Assembly: GCA_963747235.1 (NCBI GenBank)
Contig: CAVVEU010000024.1
Span: 288,001-352,000 of the forward strand
From: an uncultured Candidatus Rokubacteria bacterium
GTDB taxonomy: Bacteria > Methylomirabilota > Methylomirabilia > Rokubacteriales > CSP1-6
DNA length: 64,000 nucleotides
Direction: 5' to 3'
A program made the translations under genes and the position numbers. A model generated the notes under the pieces. The model saw only the letters and a list, made by a program, of their open reading frames with translations. It ran no database searches and was not told where the DNA came from. Below, piece by piece: positions 1-11,948 of the stretch; positions within the stretch are counted from its first letter, which is position 1, and the number at the start of each line of letters is the position of its first letter.

Positions 1-585
1 CGACGTCACCAGCACCCGCTCGCCGGCCAGGTCGCGCCGCGGGGCCAGGAGGCGCTCGAGCGCCTCGAGGATGGCGTCGGCCTCCGGCAGCCGGCCCCGG
101 CCCGAGAGCCCGGAGGCGAGCGCGCCCGCGTCGGGCTCCAGCACGACGACTCCGCGCCCACGGAGGGTCGCCACGTTCGCGGTCACCGCCGCGTGATCCC
201 ACATGCCGCCGTCCATCGCGGGGGCCATCAGCACCGGGCACCGGGCGGCGAGCAGGAGCGTGGTGAGGAAATCGTCGGCGATGCCGTGGGCGGCCTTGGC
301 CAGGAGATTGGCGGTGGCGGGGGCCACGATGAGGGCGTGAGCCCGCTCGGCCAGCGCGACGTGCTCGACCGCCTCCGCGCTCTGGGGATCGAAGAGATCG
401 GAGAGCACCGGCCGGCCGGACAGCGTGCGGAACGTGAGGGCGCCCACGAAGCGCTCGGCGTGCGCGGTGGTGACCACCGTGACCTGCGCGCCCGCGCGCG
501 TCAGCTCGCGCAGCAGGAAGACCGCCTTGTAGGCGGCGATGCTGCCGGTGACGCCTAGGATCAGCTCTTTGTTGTGGAGGGTCAT
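1..585 (-). CDS. coaBC: Bifunctional phosphopantothenoylcysteine decarboxylase/synthase, 5' part (runs off the window)
   Basis: Manual translation from ATG 585: MTLHNKELILGVTGSIAAYKAV...VAPATANLLAK...APAMDGGMWDH; follows gmk-rpoZ as in the canonical cluster. Confidence 0.93.
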   Translation of the reverse strand, partial: MTLHNKELILGVTGSIAAYKAVFLLRELTRAGAQVTVVTTAHAERFVGALTFRTLSGRPVLSDLFDPQSAEAVEHVALAERAHALIVAPATANLLAKAAHGIADDFLTTLLLAARCPVLMAPAMDGGMWDHAAVTANVATLRGRGVVVLEPDAGALASGLSGRGRLPEADAILEALERLLAPRRDLAGERVLVTS

Positions 586-643
586 GGGTGCGCCCGTTTT
601 ACCGTACGCCTCGCTTACGGTTTAAATCTTTAGGCTCTATTGA

Positions 644-698
644 ATGCGGGGGCCTAGAAATGGCCCCCGCACTTCCCCCAGTCTGCGGACACTCGTTT
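644..698 (-). repeat. Palindromic intergenic repeat, copy A
   Basis: Minus strand AAACGAGTGTCCGCAGACTGGGGGAAGTGCGGGGGCCATTTCTAGGCCCCCGCAT; near-identical to copies at 4554, 28711 and 37856. Confidence 0.9.
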
Positions 699-738
699 CA
701 GACTTGTCTGTCTTGCTCGGTCTTGTTCTGGTCTCGCT

Positions 739-951
739 TCAGGCCTTCGGTGCGTCTTCTTCCTTCACTCTGTATCCGACTCTCGATTCGGCGATCTCTT
801 CGAGGGCGTTGCTGGTCGGCTTCTTGTGGCGGCTCTCGACCTGGGACTTGGCGCCGCGGTTGAGCTGGCGCGCGCGCTTGGCCGCGAGCACCACCAGCAT
901 GTAGCGGTTGGAGACGTTGTCCAGGGACTTTTCCAGCGATGGGAACGACAT
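739..951 (-). CDS. rpoZ: RNA polymerase omega subunit
   Basis: NRYMLVVLAAKRARQL and KPTSNALEEI motifs; TGATG overlap with gmk. Confidence 0.95.
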   Translation of the reverse strand: MSFPSLEKSLDNVSNRYMLVVLAAKRARQLNRGAKSQVESRHKKPTSNALEEIAESRVGYRVKEEDAPKA

Positions 952-1571
952 CAAGCGGGTACCTCCATGTCGGGGAATCTGAGGGTCAGTCGGCTCGTGC
1001 GGCAGCGCTCGGCCTGGATGATGGTCGCGAGCTGGTCCACCGCGTCCTTCACGTCACGGTTGATGATGAGGTAGTCGTACTGGCGCCACGCCGCGATCTC
1101 TTCCCGGGCGCGGCTCAGCCGGCGCGCGATGTCGCCGGCGGAATCGCTCTTGCGCTCGCGCAGCCGGGCTTCGAGCTCGGCCATCGAGGGCGCCATGATG
1201 AAGACCGATACCGCCTCCGGGTAGCGCTGGCGAAGCTGCCGCGCGCCGTGGGTGTCGATGTCGAGCAGCACGTCGAGGCCGCGGCTCAGCGCGCCCTCGA
1301 GGGCCTTGGCCGGCGTGCCGTAGTGGTGGCCGTGCACCTGGGCCCACTCCGCGAACTCGTCGCGGCCGCGCATGGCGGTGAACTGGCCCTCGGAGACGAA
1401 GAAGAAGTCGGTGCCCTCCTTCTCTCCGGGGCGCGGATCGCGCGTGGTGTAGGAGACGGAGTAGTAGAGCTCGGGCACGAGCGAGCGCACCTCGTGGCAG
1501 AGCGTGGTCTTGCCCGCCCCCGACGGGGCCGACACCACCACCAGCGTGCCGCGCCGCTTGATCAGCTGCAT
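951..1571 (-). CDS. gmk: Guanylate kinase
   Basis: SAPSGAGKTT P-loop, SYTTRDPRPGE, HYGTP, IDTHGA. Confidence 0.97.
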   Translation of the reverse strand: MQLIKRRGTLVVVSAPSGAGKTTLCHEVRSLVPELYYSVSYTTRDPRPGEKEGTDFFFVSEGQFTAMRGRDEFAEWAQVHGHHYGTPAKALEGALSRGLDVLLDIDTHGARQLRQRYPEAVSVFIMAPSMAELEARLRERKSDSAGDIARRLSRAREEIAAWRQYDYLIINRDVKDAVDQLATIIQAERCRTSRLTLRFPDMEVPA

Positions 1572-1583
1572 GAGAGGTTCGAG

Positions 1584-2468
1584 TTATTCAAGATTCGCCA
1601 CCTGCTCGCGCATCTTCTCGAGCGTGGACTTGGCCGCGATCACCGCCTGGGAGATCTCCAGATCGTCCGCCTTGGAGCCGATGGTGTTCACCTCGCGGTT
1701 GATCTCCTGGATGAGGAAGTCGAGCGTGCGGCCCACCTGGCCGTCGCCCGCCAGCAGGGTGCCGAGCTGGGCCAGGTGGGCCCGCAGGCGCGCCAGCTCC
1801 TCGCTCACGTCGGTCTTGTCGGCCCACACCGCGACCTCGGTGGCGAGCCGCGACTGGTCGATCTCCGCGCCCGCCAGCATCGCCTGCATCCGCTCGCGGA
1901 GGCGGGTGGCCCGCCGCTCGACGGCCATCGGAGCCCGCTGGGCCACCGTGTCCACGTGGGCGGCCAGCGTCGCGCCGAGGCCAGACAGCTCCTGGCCGAG
2001 CGCGCGGCCCTCGGTCTCGCGGCGCTCCACCAGCTCCATCAGCGCGCCGCTGAGCGCTCGCTCGAGCAGCGGCCACGCCTCCTCGGCGGACAGCGGCGCC
2101 TGCTCCTCGCGCGTCAGCACGCCCGACTGGCCCATCACCCAGCCGAGCGATGGTCCGTCTCCCAGATCCAGGGCCGCGGCGAGCGTGCGGGCGGCTTCGG
2201 CGTACTCCTTGGCCTGGGCCAGGTTGACGGTGAGCGGATTCAGCACGGTGCCCTCGGGTGCGGTCACCGTCGCGCTCACGTCCACGCGGCCGCGCTGCAC
2301 CGCCGCCTGGATCAGCCGGCGCGCGTCCGCTTCGAAGGCGCCCAGGACCCGGGGCAGCTTGAGGGAGACGTCGAGGTGCCGGTGGTTCACCGACTTGCAC
2401 TCGACGGAGAGGATGGTGCGCGCGCCCGCCGCCTCCGCCCGCCCATAGCCGGTCATGCTGCGGATCAT
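1584..2468 (-). CDS. yicC: YicC/YloC family endoribonuclease
   Basis: Starts MIRSMTGYG; KSVNHR; GRTLDFLIQEINREVNTIGSK; ends EKMREQVANLE. Confidence 0.95.
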   Translation of the reverse strand: MIRSMTGYGRAEAAGARTILSVECKSVNHRHLDVSLKLPRVLGAFEADARRLIQAAVQRGRVDVSATVTAPEGTVLNPLTVNLAQAKEYAEAARTLAAALDLGDGPSLGWVMGQSGVLTREEQAPLSAEEAWPLLERALSGALMELVERRETEGRALGQELSGLGATLAAHVDTVAQRAPMAVERRATRLRERMQAMLAGAEIDQSRLATEVAVWADKTDVSEELARLRAHLAQLGTLLAGDGQVGRTLDFLIQEINREVNTIGSKADDLEISQAVIAAKSTLEKMREQVANLE

Positions 2469-2521
2469 CGCTCGCTCGAAGGCTCGGAGGTGGTGGTGAG
2501 GGGGAACTCCCGCGCTGCCAT
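2465..2521 (-). CDS. Putative 18-aa leaderless upstream ORF coupled to yicC
   Basis: MAAREFPLTTTSEPSSER*; ATG 7 nt after the predicted -10; stop overlaps the yicC start (ATGA). Confidence 0.4.
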   Translation of the reverse strand: MAAREFPLTTTSEPSSER

Positions 2522-2528
2522 CCCGGGA

Positions 2529-2557
2529 ACGATAGCCCAAAAAACCTTATGTGTCAA
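2529..2557 (-). promoter_or_regulatory. sigma70-type promoter of the yicC operon
   Basis: TTGACA-17 bp-TATCGT on the minus strand. Confidence 0.7.
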
Positions 2558-2578
2558 TGTCTTTGGGCCAATCAAGCG

Positions 2579-2608
2579 TTGACAGCCCGGGCTGCCGGCA
2601 TGTAGAGT
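2579..2608 (+). promoter_or_regulatory. sigma70-type promoter of the ABC operon
   Basis: TTGACA-18 bp-TAGAGT. Confidence 0.55.
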
Positions 2609-2647
2609 TCCTGGCAGTTTTCTCGCAGTTTTCCCAAGGAGGGGACC

Positions 2648-3743
2648 ATGGCGGAGCAGCCGCAGCCGGCGCCCTGGACGCGCCGGGAGTTCTTGAAAGG
2701 TACCGGCGGTGGCGGGCGGTCTGGCGGTCGGGGGGGCCCGGTCGGGGCCGGCCTGGGCCCAGGGTCTGAAGAGCATCTCGGCCTCGCACAGCGTTTCCAC
2801 CTTCGTCTACGGCCAGCACCTGGTGGCCGCGCAGAAGAAGCTCTTCGAGGAGGAAGGGGTCAAGACGCCGGACTTCGTGGTGCCCGGCGGCGGGGCCAAG
2901 GTCGTGCAGGCGCTGGCCGCGGGCCAGGTCCTGTTCGCGCTCGGCGACTCCAACCACCCGCTCAAGATCACCGAGAAGGGCAAGGACGCGCTGATGGTCT
3001 TCGCCACCGACACGCGCTGCTCCTACGCCAACATCGTGGTGCGCAAGGAGCTGTGGGACAAGGGCGTGAAGACCGTCGAGGCGCTCGCCGACCAGAAGCT
3101 GGTGGGCCGCAAGGCGGTGGTCGCGGCCACCGCGATCGGCTCCGGCACCTACGTCTACGGGGTGTACGTGCTGCAGAACCTCAAGGGCGGGGACGGCAAG
3201 CCGGTGAACGACCACGTCGAATGGGTGGGCGGGGGCGCCTCGACCACCATGCTCGGCGGCCTCAAGGCCGGCAAGTTCGACGCGATCATGGCGGTGCCGG
3301 AGTGGCAGGCGGCCGCGGTGGAGGAAGGCTTCGGCAAGCCGCTCTACGATATCCAGGACGAGAAGGCGTGGAACCGCGTCTTCGGCGGGCCCATCCCGGT
3401 CACGGTGGGCTACGTCCTGAAGGAGACCATCGAGAAGTCGCCCGATCTCGTGCAGGCCTACGTCAACGCCTGCTACCGCGCGCAGCAGTGGATCCGCCGC
3501 GCCAAGGACGACGAGGTCGTCGACCTGCTCTGGAAGCCGTACATGGACACCTTCAAGCGCGAGGTGGTGCTGGAGTCCGTCCGCTACTATCGGACGATCT
3601 TCGACTGGGACTTCATCATCGAGGAGCGAGACTACGAGCGCGGCATGAAGGTGTGGGTGCCCACCGCGGTGGAGAAGCCGATCCCGTACAAGCAGGCGGT
3701 GGACATGAGCTTCGTCAAGAAGGCGCAGGCCAAGTACAAGTAA
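2648..3743 (+). CDS. ABC transporter substrate-binding protein, NitT/TauT family, Tat-exported (one apparent frameshift near 2708)
   Basis: AAGGAGG RBS, TRREFLK twin-arginine motif, AWA cleavage site, NMT1/TauA-like body; operon with ATPase and permease. Confidence 0.85.
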
Positions 3744-3753
3744 GCCGCCCCTG

Positions 3754-4542
3754 GTGCCGCCGCGCGTTCGCGTTTCCATCCGGGACCTCGCGAAGACCTT
3801 CAGCCAGGGCCCTCGCGAGGTCCCCGCCGTCTCGCCGGTCTCCTTCGACGTCCACGAGCGTGAGTTCGTGGCCATCGTGGGCCCGTCCGGCTGCGGCAAG
3901 TCCACCATCCTGAACATGATCGGCGGCCTCGTCGCGCCGTCCGGCGGGGAGATCGTGGTGGACGGCCAGCGGGTCACCGGCGCCCCGCCGTCCCAGGTCG
4001 GCTACGTCTTCCAGAAGGACACCGTCTTTCCCTGGCGGACCGTCGAGCGCAACATCGCGCTCGGCCTCGAGTACCGCAACGTGCCGGCCGCGGAGCGGGC
4101 CACCCGCGTGCGCCAGGCGATCGCGCTGGCCGGGCTACAGGGCTTCGAGGACGCCTTCCCGGCCACGCTCTCGGGCGGCATGCGCCAGCGGGTGGCCCTG
4201 ATGCGCTCGCTGGTGGTGGACCCCGAGATCTTGCTGATGGACGAGCCCTTCGGCGCGCTCGACACCCACACCAAGCTGAGCCTGCACGCCGAGCTGCTGG
4301 CGATCTGGCAGGCGAAGCGGCAGACCGTGATCTTCGTCACCCACGACCTCTCCGAGGCGATCACCCTGGCCGACCGCATCGTGGTGATGACGCGCCGGCC
4401 CGGCCGCATCAAGCTGATCTACGACGTGAAGCTCCCGCGCCCCCGCGACGTCATCCGCATCCGCGAGAGCGACGAATACTCCCGCGAGTACACCGAGATC
4501 TGGCACGCCCTCGGCGAGGAGTTCCGGGCGGTGACCCCATGA
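3754..4542 (+). CDS. ABC transporter ATP-binding protein (NitT/TauT)
   Basis: GPSGCGKST, LSGGMRQR, LLMDEPFGALD, VTHD. Confidence 0.95.
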   Translation: MPPRVRVSIRDLAKTFSQGPREVPAVSPVSFDVHEREFVAIVGPSGCGKSTILNMIGGLVAPSGGEIVVDGQRVTGAPPSQVGYVFQKDTVFPWRTVERNIALGLEYRNVPAAERATRVRQAIALAGLQGFEDAFPATLSGGMRQRVALMRSLVVDPEILLMDEPFGALDTHTKLSLHAELLAIWQAKRQTVIFVTHDLSEAITLADRIVVMTRRPGRIKLIYDVKLPRPRDVIRIRESDEYSREYTEIWHALGEEFRAVTP

Positions 4543-4676
4543 TGGCGCGACCCAAACGGTTGTCCGCTACTGGGGGAGTGCGGGGGCCATTTCTGGGCCC
4601 CCGCATGCAACAGAGGCGGGTCCGTTCGACAGCCCAAATACGGCCAGCTCCGGCAGCAAAACCGGTGGCGCCATGA
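4537..4676 (+). mobile_element. 134-bp MITE-like insert containing repeat copy B (core 4554-4606), bounded by a CCATGA direct repeat
   Basis: CCATGA at 4537-4542 and 4671-4676; removing the insert gives an ATGA stop/start overlap between ATPase and permease. Confidence 0.6.
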
Positions 4677-5488
4677 CCCGCGATCGCCTCCGCGTCCTCG
4701 CCTGGCAGCTCCTGATCCTGGTCGCGGTGCTGGCCGCCTGGCAGTACCTGACCGGGATCAAGGCGATCTCGAAGACGCCCGGTCTCTACTGGATCGACCC
4801 GTTCTTCATCAGCCGGCCGTCCGCGATCGTGGAGCGCCTGCTCTACCTCATGTCCCCGAAAGTGCGGCTGACCATCTGGCAGATGGCGCTGTCCACCGTG
4901 CAGTCCACCGTGTGGGGCTTCCTGGTCGGCATCTCCACCGGCTTCGTGGCGGGGCTGGTCCTGGGGCGGAGCGACGGGCTGGCGCGCATCTTCCAGCCCT
5001 ACATCGTGGCCTTCAACTCGCTGCCGCGCATCGCGCTGGTGCCGCTCATCACGATGATCTTCGGCTTCGGCCTGCTCGCCAAGATCGTGCTCGCCTGGAG
5101 CATCGTGTTCTTCATCGTGTTCTTCAACACCTTCCAGGGCGCGCGCAGCGTGGACGCCGATCTGATCCACTCCGCCCGCTTTCTGGGCGCGTCCGAGCGG
5201 CAGATCATGACCAGCGTGATCGTGCCCTCCGCGCTCGCGTGGACCTTCGCGTCCCTGACGCCCTCGATCTCCTTCGCCCTCATCGGGGTGGTGGTCGGCG
5301 AGTTCATCGGGGGCGAATCGGGCGGCGGGCTCGGCTACCTGATCATCCAGTCCCTCGGCACCTTGAACGCGGCCGACATGATGGTGGCGCTCTTCGTGCT
5401 GGGCGTGATCGGGATCGTGATGGCGCTCGGGATCAAGCAGGTGGAGGCGCGCCTGCTGCGCTGGCGGCCGGAGTACCAGAAGCGCTGA
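4673..5488 (+). CDS. ABC transporter permease (NitT/TauT)
   Basis: Multiple hydrophobic helices, LPRIALVP, EAA-like loop SARFLGAS, VVGEFI. Confidence 0.95.
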   Translation: MTRDRLRVLAWQLLILVAVLAAWQYLTGIKAISKTPGLYWIDPFFISRPSAIVERLLYLMSPKVRLTIWQMALSTVQSTVWGFLVGISTGFVAGLVLGRSDGLARIFQPYIVAFNSLPRIALVPLITMIFGFGLLAKIVLAWSIVFFIVFFNTFQGARSVDADLIHSARFLGASERQIMTSVIVPSALAWTFASLTPSISFALIGVVVGEFIGGESGGGLGYLIIQSLGTLNAADMMVALFVLGVIGIVMALGIKQVEARLLRWRPEYQKR

Positions 5489-5495
5489 CCGCGGG

Positions 5496-6140
5496 TCAGC
5501 GCGCGGTGTAGGCGGTCAGCTCTTCCTCGTAGGCGCCCGCGGCGGTATCGGTGCCGCGTACCTTCACCCAGCCTTTCACCGCCGCGCTGTACCAGAACTC
5601 CTGCGACGCGCCGCTCTCGATCTCGCGCCGCGAGACCTTGAAGGCCTTGAAGGTTCCCGCGGGCGTCTTGACCTCCTCGTAGGCCTCCACCGTCCAGACG
5701 CCGGTGAGGAGGAAGCGCTGGTCCTGCGCGGGCCCGTCCACCCACGTCACGGTGGCCGACCACGACCGGCCGACCTGGAGCGGCCACTGCCAGTCCTCGG
5801 GCGGCATGGCGCGCCGCACCGTCCGGTCGCCGGTGACGCGCGCCAGGTAGCCGAGCTGCTTCGTGTACCAGTAGCGCGAGTCGCCCGCCTCGACCTCGTA
5901 CGCGTCGTAGCCTTCGAAGACGCCCTCGCGCAGCACCCGCCGGGTGATCGTGTAGGCGCCGTCGCGGCCCTTGCCGCGATACGTCCAGGACTCGCCCGCG
6001 GTCCAGCGGGGGCGCTCCGAGACCTGAACGGTCCGCGACTCCCCGGTGCTCTCGCAGCCGGCGAGCAGGGCCACGAGGGGGAGCAGCGTGAGCAACCGAG
6101 CGGCCGCGCGATGGGGGCGCATGAGGCTGTCTTCGAGCAT
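5496..6140 (-). CDS. Putative lipoprotein with beta-rich VKTPAGTF-type domain
   Basis: Lipobox LLAGC after a hydrophobic stretch; C-terminal EEVKTPAGTFKAFKV...FWYS...GWVK; true start may be ATG 6122. Confidence 0.7.
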   Translation of the reverse strand: MLEDSLMRPHRAAARLLTLLPLVALLAGCESTGESRTVQVSERPRWTAGESWTYRGKGRDGAYTITRRVLREGVFEGYDAYEVEAGDSRYWYTKQLGYLARVTGDRTVRRAMPPEDWQWPLQVGRSWSATVTWVDGPAQDQRFLLTGVWTVEAYEEVKTPAGTFKAFKVSRREIESGASQEFWYSAAVKGWVKVRGTDTAAGAYEEELTAYTAR

Positions 6141-6197
6141 ACCGCACTTGACAGGAGCGGCCCCCAGTCCTAGAGAGGTGTCTCAGGAGGAACGGAC

Positions 6198-6611
6198 ATG
6201 ACCACCACCAGGCCCTCCACCATCGAGCTCGAGACTCGTTCGGCCCGGGAAGTCGTGGACATCACGGAGCGCGTCGACACGCTCCTGGACGGCGCCCCGG
6301 ACGGGAGCTGTCACCTCTTCCTGCGGCACACGACCGCGGGCCTGATGATCCTCACCGGCGAAGAGGGCGTCCCCGAGGACATCATGGACATCCTCCAGGC
6401 CATGGTCCCGCAGCGGGCGTACCGGCACGACTCGGCGGCCCACGTGGGCGCGCACTTCCTGAGTGGCCTGGTGGGGCCGAGCGTGCACGTCCCGGTGCGG
6501 GGCGGCCGGCTCGCCCTCGGCGAGTTCCAGCGGATCGTGCTGATGGAGTTCGAGGGGCCGCGACGGCGGGAGATCGAGCTGCGCCTGCTCCCCGCCGAGC
6601 GAATCGCCTAG
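6198..6611 (+). CDS. yjbQ: YjbQ/UPF0047 family protein
   Basis: HTTAGL, YRHD, LALGEFQRIVLMEFEGPRRR; AGGAGG RBS. Confidence 0.88.
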   Translation: MTTTRPSTIELETRSAREVVDITERVDTLLDGAPDGSCHLFLRHTTAGLMILTGEEGVPEDIMDILQAMVPQRAYRHDSAAHVGAHFLSGLVGPSVHVPVRGGRLALGEFQRIVLMEFEGPRRREIELRLLPAERIA

Positions 6612-7138
6612 GCGCCGAGGCGCGCGACGTAGGGGAGGTTGCGGTACCGCTCGTCCTTGTCGAGGCCGTAGCCGACCACGAAGACGTCGGGGATCTCACG
6701 GCCCACGTAGTGGAGCGTGAGCCCCTCGGGCCGCGCGCACTGCTTGGCCAGCAGCGCGCAAACCCGGATGGAGGCCGGGTTCCGGGTCTGGAAGTTGCGC
6801 AGGAGATAGGCGAGGGTGCGCCCGCTCGCGCAGATACCCTCCACCACGATGATGTCCCGCCCCTCGATCGGCTCGTCCAGGTCTTTGCGGATCCGGACCA
6901 CGCCGGAGGCGGTCACCGGACCGTAGGGGACCACCGAGATGAAGTCCACCGTCACCGGCACGGTGAGCGCGCGCATGAGATCGGAGAGGAAGATCGCCGA
7001 TCCCTTGAGCACCCCGATGAGGTGGGCCGGGCGATCGCCGTAGTCGGCGGAGATCTGCGCGGCCAGGCGGGCGACCTCGGTCCGGATCGCGTCGCGATCC
7101 ACGAGAACCTCGCCCGGACTGTCGCTCCCGGCCGGCAT
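6608..7138 (-). CDS. hpt: Hypoxanthine phosphoribosyltransferase
   Basis: GVLKGS, IIVVEGICASGRTL PRPP loop (variant), FVVGYGLD, YRNLPY. Confidence 0.88.
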   Translation of the reverse strand: MPAGSDSPGEVLVDRDAIRTEVARLAAQISADYGDRPAHLIGVLKGSAIFLSDLMRALTVPVTVDFISVVPYGPVTASGVVRIRKDLDEPIEGRDIIVVEGICASGRTLAYLLRNFQTRNPASIRVCALLAKQCARPEGLTLHYVGREIPDVFVVGYGLDKDERYRNLPYVARLGA

Positions 7139-7744
7139 CAGGCGAACCGGGTGGCCCGCAGGAACTCGCGCGACTGCCGGATCAGGTCCCCGGGCACGAG
7201 CCCGGCCCGCTCCCAGCTATCGAAGCACTGCGAGATCGTGAGCACCGCGTGCAGCGTGTAGCCGCGCGCCGCGAGCAGCTCGCGCCCGCCCTGCTCCCGG
7301 TCCACCAGGATGACCAAGTCCTTCACGATCAGGCCCGCCTCTTCCAGAGGAGCGATCGCCTCGAGCTTGCTCGCCCCGTCCGTGATGATGTCGTCGATGA
7401 GCACCACCCGCTCCCCCGCCTTGAACTGCCCCTCGATGCGCTTCCGCGTGCCGTAGCCCTTCTCCTCCCGCCGCGGATAGATGAGGGGCACGCGGCCCGC
7501 CAGGCTGGCCGCGACGGCCAGGGGCAGTCCCGCGTACGGGATGCCGCCGACGCGGTCGCCACCGCAGCGGGCCACCTCCGCGGCCATCAGCGCGCCGATC
7601 TGCTCCAGCACGTCGGGGAAGGAGATGACCACGCGCAGATCGATGTAGAAGGGCGAGACGATGCCCGACTTGAGCGTGAACTCGCCGAAGCGGATCGCCC
7701 CGATCTCGAAGAGGCGGCGGATCAGCGTCTCGTGCGCGGGTCAC
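7138..7744 (-). CDS. pyrE: Orotate phosphoribosyltransferase (apparent frameshift just after the start)
   Basis: [39 protein letters not shown]. Confidence 0.92.
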
Positions 7745-8456
7745 GACGCCATCTCCCGCAGGATGAGGTCGGCCGCCGCCGCCGGGTCCGGGGCCGCGGT
7801 GATCGGGCGCCCGACCACGAGGTAGTGGGCGCCGGCCTGCGCGGCCGCCCGCGGGGTCGCGATGCGGGACTGGTCGCCCACCGCGCTGCCCGCCGGCCGC
7901 ACCCCGGGCGTGACGATCACCCACGCGGGCCCGCGATTGGTGCGGAGCGCGGCGATCTCGTTGGGCGAGGCCACGCAGCCGTCGAGGCCCGCCGCCGCCG
8001 CCATCCCGGCCAGGTGGAGCACGTGGCCCTCGACGGAGCTCGCCACCCCCAGCTCGCGGCTCAGCGCGCCGCGGTCGAGGCTCGTCAGCACGGTGACCGC
8101 CAGCGCGATGCGGCCTGCGCACGCCCAGCTCCTTCGCGGCGGCCGCCGCGCCCTCCGCCGCCGCGGTCATCATGGCGCGGCCGCCGGAGGCGTGGACGTT
8201 GAACATGAGCACGCCCAGGCGCGCGGCTTCCCGCGCGGCGCCCGCCACCGTGTTGGGAATGTCGTGGAACTTGAGATCGAGGAAGACCTCGGCGCCCCGC
8301 TTGTGGACGCTCTCGACCGCGGCGGGCCCCGCGGCGGTGAAGAGCTGCGATCCGATCTTGAAGCGCGTGACCTGGCCCTGGAGGCGATCCAGGAGCCGCT
8401 CGGCGTCGGCCAGGGTCTCGACGTCGAGCGCGACGATCAAGCGGTCCTTCGGCGGA

Positions 8457-8470
<14 letters not shown>
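7741..8470 (-). CDS. pyrF: Orotidine-5'-phosphate decarboxylase (apparent frameshift near 8105-8125)
   Basis: [18 protein letters not shown]; second frame [19 protein letters not shown]. Confidence 0.92.
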
Positions 8471-11669
<3,199 letters not shown>

Positions 11670-11677
11670 GCGTGCTC

Positions 11678-11944
11678 CTAGGCGTCGATCAGGCCGTAGA
11701 CGATGGACGTCTCGGGGGTGGCCTCGTCCCGCCGGTAGAGCACGTCGTCGAGGCGGCCGTTGCCGATCCACGCCGCTTCGCCGTTGCCCCACAGCTTCTC
11801 GCCGAGCACGCTCATGCGCTTCTCGACGCGCTCCTTCACCGCGTGGGCCTCGAGGCTCAGCTCGCTGTCGGTCGTGAAGACCGCCCAGTCCGGCTTCTGG
11901 CCCGATTCCTCGGTCTTGCGGTAGGCGATGAGATATTTGGGCAT
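11678..11944 (-). CDS. Hypothetical 88-aa protein between carA and carB
   Basis: GGGAGG RBS, host-like codon usage, fills the gap between carA and carB. Confidence 0.75.
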   Translation of the reverse strand: MPKYLIAYRKTEESGQKPDWAVFTTDSELSLEAHAVKERVEKRMSVLGEKLWGNGEAAWIGNGRLDDVLYRRDEATPETSIVYGLIDA

Positions 11945-11948
11945 CGGT

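Noticed and set aside
588-904. Short ORFs containing CGGxEMAPALP or MRGPxNGPR (also near 4419-4761, 28455-28871, 37847)
   Set aside because: The shared peptide is only the translation of the palindromic repeat, not evidence of a protein family
2611-2628. GG-N10-GC (TGGCAGTTTTCTCGCA) as a sigma54 promoter
   Set aside because: Poor -12 match, no upstream activator sites seen, and a sigma70-type promoter already explains the region
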